The position numbers and the translations under genes are program-made. The notes under the pieces were generated by a model, which saw only the letters and a program-made list of their open reading frames with translations, was not told where the DNA came from and did no database searches. Shown one piece after another: positions 54,900-64,000 of a DNA stretch of 64,000 nt. Source of the stretch: Eledone cirrhosa (Eukaryota); assembly GCA_964016885.1 (NCBI GenBank), contig OZ024754.1, positions 5,022,001-5,086,000 on the forward strand. The letters are read 5' to 3'. Each line of letters starts with the position of its first letter. The stretch's first letter is position 1.

Positions 54900-55549
54900 T
54901 GATTGTGTGTGGCTATTACAGAAGCATATGTAAAAGAACAAATGTATGTTTGTATGTGTATATTTGTATGTAGCTGTGTGTGTATATATGTAGGTGTGTG
55001 TGTACATAAATATGTATATATATATATGATGTATGTGTGTGTGTATATTTGTAAATAGTTGTGTGCACATGATTGTAGATGTGTATGTATGTACATATAT
55101 ATGATGTATATATGTAAGTAGGTATGTAGCTGTGTGTGTATGTATGTAGGTGTGTGTGTGTGTGTACATAAATATGTATATATATATGATGTATGTGTGT
55201 GTATATTTGTAAATAGTTGTGTGCGCATGATTGTAGATGTGTATGTATGTACATATATATGATGTATATATGTGTGCGTGTATATATGTAAGTAGGTATA
55301 TGTATGTGTATATTGTATGTAGCTGTGTGTGTATGTATGTAGGTGTGTGTGTACATACATATGTATATATATATATGATGTATGTGTGTGTGTATATTTG
55401 TAAATAGTTGTGTGCACATGATTGTAGATGTGTATGTATGTACATATATATGATGTATATATGTGTGCGTGTATATATGTAAGTAGGTATATGTATGTGT
55501 ATATTTGTATGTAGCTGTGTGTGTATGTATGTCGGTGTGTATGTGTGTG

Positions 55550-55550
<1 letters not shown>
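54900..55550. repeat. TG/TA-rich compound repeat with about 170-bp periodicity
   Basis: ATATTTGTAAATAGTTGTGTG(C)...CATGATTGTAGATG repeated 3 times. Confidence 0.8.
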
Positions 55551-55591
<41 letters not shown>

Positions 55592-56225
55592 TGTAGTTTT
55601 ATTCTGTAGCTCAATTAAATGACTAAAAGTGTAGAAAGTAGCTGTTATTTTTCTGCCCTAATCACACCATTTATCACATTAGTAAATCTTGTTAATATTT
55701 CTGCCACTCCTAGAAGTCTGTATTTTCATGCTTTACTACTAAAACCTTATGACCGGCCGTCACTTGTAATCGAGTATGCCCTGGTGTTATATCACCTAAC
55801 CATCTACACCCATGATTGCTCAGCTAGAGTAGCAGGCAGCTATAACCCTCCTCCCAGCCATTGCAGCTTTTATAATCAATTGTGTGGTCCTATGCTTCAG
55901 GGATTAGCACTGACCCTCTGTGGAATTTGAACTCAGAATATGAAGCCCTGGAAGAGACACCACGGAGCAGCACGTCAGGGGCTCTAAGAATTCCACCAAT
56001 CCATAACTATGGACTGGTATTTTATTTTATTGAGCAAAGTTGTTAACCTTGGTAGGATTTGAACCCAGAGTACAGAGAGCCAAATAAAATACCTTTAAAT
56101 ATTCTCTCTATCCAATGCCCTAATAACCTTGCCAATTTGCGCCTTAGTAGTTATGTACCATTCATTTGCTAAGGGTTTTAGGTCATAGGGACTGGCCCTC
56201 CCTAACAAAACAGTAAAACATATTA

Positions 56226-56271
<46 letters not shown>

Positions 56272-56325
56272 GGAAAATGGACGTTAAACAGTGAAGATAT
56301 ATATATAATATTAACAATATAAATA

Positions 56326-56705
56326 AATGGAAAATATCTTTATAATACCATATTTATTTTATTATTGTTAATATTGTTAATATTAATAATAGTCGTAGAG
56401 TGCTTCAAATCCGTTATAAAATTAACTTTGTTGAATGATAATCAACAAACCATATAACTCACTGTTTATATATATATATATATTGTCATCATCACCATTT
56501 AGTGAGACGCAGGTTGAATGGAAAATATCTTTATAATACCATATTTATTTTATTATTGTTAATATTGTTAATATTAATAATAGTCGTAGAGTGCTTCAAA
56601 TCCGTTATAAAATTAACTTTGTTGAATGATAATCAACAAACCATATAACTCACTGTTTATATATATATATATTGTCATCATCACCATTTAGTGAGACGCA
56701 GGTTG
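56326..56705. repeat. Tandem duplication of about 190 bp
   Basis: 56326-56516 and 56517-56705 are identical except for one TA unit. Confidence 0.95.
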
Positions 56706-56847
56706 TGGCCCATCTTAGAGATAAGTACTGACTGGTTTGTGACCACCCATCCAAGATGGACATTAGATGATGATGATAAAGGCCACTTGCTTCTCATGTT
56801 CTTGTTGCTTCACCCCCAAATGAATTCCATCTGTGACCATCACATTA

Positions 56848-57060
56848 ATTGTTTCTACTTTTGGCACAAGTCCAGCAAATTATCCAGTGTATTACTGGTA
56901 CTTTATTTTATCGACCCTGTAAGGATGAAAAGCAAAGTTAACCTCGGCGGGATTTGAACTCAGAATGGCAAGGGCTGAGTTCAAATCCCGCCGAGGTTAG
57001 CTTTGCCTTTCATCCTTAAGGGGTTGATAAAATCAAGTACCAGTAATGCACTGGGATAAT
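56848..57060. mobile_element. Head-to-head inverted pair of family A SINE halves
   Basis: About 85-bp arms (56879-56963 / 56975-57060) with an 11-nt loop. Confidence 0.9.
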
Positions 57061-57442
57061 ATAACTTGGACTGCAGCAAGGTGCCCTTTATTTTTGAAGC
57101 TTAGACAATAGGGTATGGATTTGATGGAGATTTGGTTGATATTTCTAGTAGGTTGTAGAACCACATATAGACTGACACAGTGTCCCATTGTCTTATTGTT
57201 TTGTTGTCAGTTTAAACCATTGTCCACAAGACTGGACAACAGATGAACTATGTGAAATATGTGGAGACATGATAACAATCCAACATACTACAGGGGATAT
57301 AAATAAATGTTAGTCACATGTTTCTCCCTTTTGTCTCTTTCTCTCTCTCTCAATATATACAAATACTCACACTGACACCAGACACATTTGTATATAATAT
57401 ATATATATATGTTTGTGTGTGTATATGTGTAAATATATATAT

Positions 57443-57690
57443 TATCATCATCATCGTTTAACGTCAATCTTCCACGCTAGCATGGGTCTGGACGGGAATT
57501 GTCCCATTTGAGGCAAGATTGGTTGTCTTGCTCAGGACTGTCTGGCAGGTTTTCTACAGCTGGATGCTCTTCCTAACACCAACCACGTTTACAGTGTGGA
57601 CTGGGAGGTTTTTACCATGTTACCTTCACGGCCACATTACAGCGTGGACTGTGTGTTTTTTTGTTGTGACACCTACACGACCTCATTTAT
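57443..57690 (-). mobile_element. SINE family B variant, 3' half
   Basis: (CAT)n-CGTTTAACGTC..CCACGCTAGCATGG tail and TTTCTACAGCTGGATGCTCTTCCTAACACCAACC. Confidence 0.7.
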
Positions 57691-58298
57691 TTAGGACTGG
57701 ATGTTGTGGTACCAATATATATATGTTTGTGTGTGTGTGTGTGTGTGTGTATGTATATATACATATATATATATGTGTGTGTGTATGCATATATGTATGT
57801 CTCTATGTATATATATATGTGTGTGTATCTGCATCATTTTTTTTCGTTTTAAATATTAACTCATTTGGTTGAGTTAGCAATAAATATAATTATCTATATG
57901 ATAAATATAATTTTGTATTTACTGATGATGACGATAATGGTTAAGAAACAGATGCAAACACACTTATAAACACAGCACACAAACACACACATGTACACAG
58001 ACAGAGGTGGTAGTGTTTGGCAGTTCAAATCCCACTACTGTGTTTATGGGTCCTCAGATATTCAACTCCTGTTGACCCACTTCACTTAAGTAATTACTAA
58101 GGTATGTTCACATTCACACACAAATATACATATAGCTCTCCTCCACCTCTTCCTTATACTCATTAAGGAACATTGGGTGATAAGATATTTCCATTCCACT
58201 TGATCATGAGTCTTGTCACAGACAGATTTGGTTCTTAACTATGTCTGCCTGGACTTTATCCTAAGGCTTTAGCCCAGTTTTGCCAGGTTAGACCTGCT

Positions 58299-58602
58299 TT
58301 ACTTCCTGTGTCTCATTTCTGGCTTCTATTCAAGGGAGACCACCACTGATTACATCTGCCTTGTCCTTACTTCCTGTGTCTCATTTCTGACTTCTATTCA
58401 AGGGAGACCACCACAGTTGAGATCTGCCTTGGTCTAACTTCCTGTGTCTCATTTCTGGCTTCTATTCAAGGTAGACCACCACAAATGAGATCTCCCTTGG
58501 CCTAACTTCCTGTGTGTCACTTCTGGCTTCTATTCAAGGGAGACCATCACAGGCCTTACTTCCTGTGTGACACTTCTGGCTTCTGTTCAAGTAAGGCCAC
58601 CA
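58299..58602. repeat. Degenerate 55-70-bp tandem repeat, 5 copies
   Basis: TACTTCCTGTGTCTCATTTCTGGCTTCTATTCAAGGGAGACCACCAC core. Confidence 0.85.
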
Positions 58603-60589
58603 CATATCATCTTTTCATGGACATACATGACCACTTCACAAATGAGGGGGAGGAGGACATACAAAGGACCCTGCTGAGTAACCAACAGGATACCATTACC
58701 TTATTGTGGAGGGGGGTGGAAGATCTTTGGCCATGTGCTACATATGGTTAGTGCTTTTTAGTTTCTTTATATATATATATACACACACAGATAATACACC
58801 TATTCGATCTATTTATCTTGTTTAGGGTCAGTCTTGACATTTGGGTGAGGAATGGAGAATATCTTCTCATTGTGGCATTTCAACTTAACAAAATTTCTCA
58901 TCATTAATCTACTGTTTGAGACATAACTTAACAATGCTTCTAGTAGAAACTTATATGCTGGCTTGTTTCTCAAACACACACACACATATACAAAAGAAAC
59001 ACTTAAACACACTTGCACTCTCACACTCAAACACACATACTCACTAACTCAAACACATACACCCAAATAAACACACATACACTCGTTCCCTCACACACAC
59101 ACACACACATACTCATATACACACAGACACACAAAACTAGGGGCTGGTTCAGGTGGTTTAGTATTAAGGGTTAAAGAAAACTTGTGTACACACACACACA
59201 CTTGTACACACTCAGACATGTATACACATTCATTCATACACACACACACACTTGTACACAGACTCACACATATACACACACACTCACACATTCACACACT
59301 CACTCATGCACACTCACACTCATACATGTACACACACAAATAAGGAGTTTGTTTTTCTGATTTGCTGCACCACCATCATCACCATTAGCACCACCACCAC
59401 CACCACTGCCAGTATGAAGTTCCTTAGTTTCTCTCATACACCCCGACTAAAGGATGAATCAATAGTAACTGCAATGTCCCCTTCCTTCACTCCTCTCCAT
59501 CCATGCCATCCTCTTCTGAAACAAAAGAGAATGGTATGATTAGATTTCCTAGTTGGTGATAATACATTATATTGTTGATATTTAAACAACTTCCACTTGG
59601 TCCATGATGTCTGTCTGTCTGTCTGTCTGTCTGTGTGTCTGTCAGTGTGTATGTATATGTCAGCATGTGTGTGTGTGTGTATGCCTGTGTGTACGTGTGT
59701 GTGTGTGTCTGTATGTGTTAGTGTGTGTCTGTATGTGTGTCAGTGTGTGTCTGTATATGTGTCAGTGTGTGTCTGTATGTGTGTCAGTGTGTGTCTGTAT
59801 GTGTGTCAGTGTGTGTCTGTATGTATGTGTCTGTATGTGTGTGTGTGTATATGTCAGTGTGTGTATGTCAGTGTGTGTAAGTGCAGAACAATTAACTCTG
59901 ATATATCTCTAACCTTCAGCCAGTTGGTCAAAGGTAGTCTTACTAAACCATTCTAACCTTCATCTACACACCCACCGCCTCCACCTCCACCATCTCCACA
60001 CCCACCACCATCACCACAACCACCGCCTCCACCACCACCTCCACCATCACCACAACCACCTTCATCATCTCCACACCCACCACCTACACCACCACCTACA
60101 CACCCACAACTACCACCACCTTCATCTCCGCACCCACTGCCCCCTCCACCACCATCACCATCATCATCAACACACCCATCCCACTCATCATCATCACCAT
60201 CTCCACCACCATCATCATCATCTTCTCCACACCCAGTACACTCACTAACACTATGACCAACAGCAACAGTAGTATCATCCCCACACATATTACTTCCCAT
60301 AATCACCACCATCACCTCCATCACCACCTCCATCATCATCATCACCACCTCCATCATTACCACCTCCATCATCACCACCACCATCATCACCACCATAATC
60401 AACACCATCATCAATCTGTGGCACCTTTTATATTTAACCTCCCACTACAACCTATTGTTTTGTTGTTGTTTTTTCTTCCACTGGCCACTACTTCATTACA
60501 TCTGTTGTGTATCAATTGTTGTTGTCACTGTTACACCTCCTCCTTCTCCTCCCATTCTTTCTCTCTCTTTCTTTTTCTGACACTCTTTG

Positions 60590-60664
60590 ATTCTCTCTAC
60601 TACTCCCCACCACCGAGTCACTGACCCCCCCTCTCTCTCTCTCTCTCTCTCTCCATCACCAAAT

Positions 60665-60711
<47 letters not shown>

Positions 60712-60930
60712 GACCCCCCCTCTCTCTCTCTTTCCATCACCAAATTCTCTCTCTCTCTCTCTACTACTCCCCACCACCTAGTAACTGACCCCCCTCTCTC
60801 TCTCTTTCCATCACCAAATTCTCTCTCTCTCTCTCTACTACTCCCCACCACCTAGTAACTGACCCCCTCTCTCTTTCTTTCCATCACCAAATTCTCTCTC
60901 TCTCTACTACCCCCACCACCTATCACTGAC
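60590..60930. repeat. CT-rich minisatellite with TCCATCACCAAATTC and TACTCCCCACCACC anchors
   Basis: Four to five units visible. Confidence 0.8.
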
Positions 60931-61489
60931 ACCCCCCTCCCCTCCATCATCACCAAATACCATTCTTCCTTACAATTAGGTTGAACAGTTTGTATTCTAT
61001 GATTTATAACACTTTCCACCACACTTACATTTTTGTTCCATTAATTTGGCCCAAATTACCATTATTTCATACACACATACTGACACACACACACACATAC
61101 ATACATACACACACATACACACACACACACATACACACACACACACACATACATACACTCATACTCACACACACACAGTCACATTCTCTCTCCCCTATAC
61201 ACATGCACTCTCTAACTCATACACATTCTCTCTCCCTTTTACATAAACACACACATTTTCTCACATACACACGCATACATACACACACACACACGTACAT
61301 ATGTGCCAGCAGTGTATCACTAACATTTTTGTTTCTGTTTTGCTATACCCCCCCCCACACACACACACATGCACTCACATATGCACTCACACATACACTA
61401 ACACACACACACACTCATCTGCCTATGTCTCATTACCCACATTACCCAGTCCACTCCTGAACCTGTGTGTACACTCTCTCTACAAACCA

Positions 61490-61790
61490 GGCGTAGCATG
61501 GCCCCATGGTTAAGAAGTTTGATTTACTAACATAAAATTCCAGGGTTTGATCCCACTGTGTAGCATCTTCCCTAAGTTTCTTTTACCCTAACCTTAAATT
61601 GACTCAACCCATAAGTTGACCCAAGCCTTCAGTTGATCCAAGCCTTCATTTGACCAAGCTTTCATTTGATCCTAGGCCTCATTTGATCCTAGCCTTCAGT
61701 TGATCCAAGCCTTCAGTTGATCCAAGCCTTCAGTTGATCCAAGCCTTCAGTTGACTCAAGGATTCAGTTGAGTGAAACTGGATAGATGAT
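61490..61790 (+). mobile_element. Degraded family E SINE with internal 17-bp tandem expansion
   Basis: tRNA-like head, then (AGCCTTCAGTTGATCCA)n, about 10 units at 61598-61770, then GAGTGAAACTGGATAGATG. Confidence 0.6.
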
Positions 61791-62773
61791 TCTGTATCAA
61801 ATAATTAATAAGTTTGCTTCACAAGCATATGACCCCAGAGTTTTGTCTCATAGTGGATTTTAAATTGGAGATTTGGTTGCTATTTCTAGCATGTCGAGTG
61901 ATTATGTAGAAGTTCTTTCATTGACTCTGAGAAAAAGAATTATGAAAGGAGTGTGTGGGTCAGATTCAGTGCCCAGCAAGATGGAAAAAATATGGGTTGT
62001 ATTGTTGTATGGGTCCAGTAAAATGGATTTGATGAGAATGGGAGGATGGCATGAGGTATGGGTTTGATGTAGTGTCCAGTACGATGAGCTTTATTGACCA
62101 GTAATGGAGTTAGGAAGTGTTGTGTTGTATTTGATGTTGTAAAACATATCTGTAAGGCAAGTAAGTGACATAGAAGAAGAGGTATATACTAATTTGAGGT
62201 CGAGAGGGGGAAATTTTTTTTTTTTCTCTTTCTCTTTCCGGAAGGATTCTGGTATATATAATCTTGACCGTTTCCTTCTCACAGAAACCAAGTTAATCTA
62301 CTTCTAATTGATTGAAGCCTTGTGACCGTTCTACGAAAGTTGAGTTGGTGACATTCTTTCTGGAACCTTCTTGGTAGGAGACATAAAGCTCCAAGACAAA
62401 AAGGTTTTACCAGCACAGTTAAACAATATAGATATAGTTTTGACTAAAGGGACAAAGGTCTGTATGTACCATATACCCTGTAGAAGAAAGCTCACCAATT
62501 AGGGGGAAGCAGGTTTCCATGTAAACTTTGCCCTCAGCTCTATAATCATTGCAATAAGAAATATGTAATATTTAATGTAAACAGTGTGTTATCCTCCTGC
62601 ATCCCATACTAGCTTGGTCTCCCCACCACCCAGCAATCACAGGTCCCTACCCCACCTCCCTGCAATCACAGGGCTTCTGACTGGACATTGTTAAGGGGAC
62701 AATTAGGGAACAGAATAGAACAAAAGTTTGAAATATCATTGCAACTACCAATGGTCAAAGAAAATACTAGCTA

Positions 62774-62912
<139 letters not shown>

Positions 62913-63010
62913 AAATATATATTATATATGTGTGTTTTTATATATATATACCATCATCATCACTTTAACATCCATTTTCTATGATATATATTTGTGTGTG
63001 TGTATATATA

Positions 63011-63200
63011 TATTAAAATAACAGATTAAAGTTTAAGCAAAGAATCGCTGCTTTCACCCTTAACGGGATCTTCAACGATTCTTTGCTTAAACTTTAATCT
63101 CTTATTTTAATAAATATTTGCTCTAGGGTTCTTTATTTGATATATATTTATCCTTATCGAGCCCTCTTTGGAGTTTAGTCTTCAAATTTATTATTACTAT
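63011..63200. mobile_element. Fold-back relic (37-bp arms, 28-bp spacer), homologous to 7170-7257
   Basis: 63011-63047 vs 63076-63112, one mismatch. Confidence 0.8.
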
Positions 63201-63207
63201 ATATATT

Positions 63208-63431
63208 TCATCATCATCATCATTTTTTACGTCCGCTTTTTCCCTGCTTGCAAGGGTGGGACGGGAACTGATTCTGGCTTGATTTCTACAGCTGGATGTC
63301 CTTCCTAACACCAACCTCATTTTACAGTGAGTGCTGGGTGCTTTTTTGCCATGGCAACTCCACGACCACTTTGCAGTGGAATGATAGGGACCCCAGTCCC
63401 TATCATCTCATTTCTACAGCTGAGTAAACTG
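63208..63431 (-). mobile_element. SINE family B, 5'-truncated
   Basis: Near-identical to the 3' two-thirds of 48217-48559. Confidence 0.88.
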
Positions 63432-64000
63432 CCTCTCTATATATATATATATATATACATTGCTATAGGAAAAAAAAAGTATGATAATTTCTTACGTAAC
63501 TTATGGTGGGGACACTTGTAGAGGCAAACACTACTGTAAAAGAATAAAGACACAAAGCCACATTTTTGACAATTGGAATACAGGCGATTAAAATAACACC
63601 AGTTTATAACTGGTATTTTTTATTATAATATAACATATCAAACCTGACATGATTGAAAGTCATAGAATGATTTAATGTAGCCGAATATTAAATGGTATTT
63701 TATTCGACAATCTACTGGTTCTGCCATCTCCACTGCCTTTGTAATGTTAATTATTGTACAAGTAATTAGTAATAGCAATTAACTAGAACTATAATTATGA
63801 ATATAATTTTTAATAGTTGTTATTGTTGTTGGAAACTTTTGAAAATTAGACCCAAATATCATAGTAACAGCAGCAGTAGATGGTTTTCTGATGTTACAAA
63901 CATTTCTATAAGGTTAACTGGATGTTGTTGTCTAGCCAAGCGAGCAAAAACAATGGAATGGTGATTAAATGACATCCACAAAGCAAGGGCTATTAACAAT

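Noticed and set aside
55619-55930. ORF containing KPYDRPSLVIEYA, faintly like the CR1/L2 RP.LEYA motif
   Set aside because: Too short and gapped to support a call without a BLASTX hit.

Overview
64 kb of AT-rich, non-coding eukaryotic DNA. It is saturated with microsatellites ((TA)n, (CA)n, (GA)n, (CAT/CAC)n, (GGT)n) and short interspersed repeats. The SINE families and repeat landscape resemble an octopod cephalopod genome (my recognition, not a database result). I can support no host protein-coding exon: nearly all listed ORFs are translations of simple or tandem repeats. Supported content: (1) two abundant tRNA-derived SINE families plus degraded copies of a third; (2) TTAA-flanked piggyBac-type and TA-flanked Tc1/pogo-type MITEs, including a three-level nested insertion with a 17-bp TSD; (3) a 5'-truncated RTE LINE tail with an 11-bp TSD and a junction hairpin; (4) young minisatellites built on palindromic units, including a 28-bp array with 14 perfect CRE palindromes; (5) a 102-bp satellite derived from a dispersed MITE-like element. 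The most notable signal is a set of short fold-back (inverted-repeat) relics, mostly inside (TA)n tracts. Several carry minimal type-I hammerhead ribozyme motifs of the kind found in Penelope-like retroelements, including a zero-spacer 130-bp palindrome with a hammerhead on each strand.
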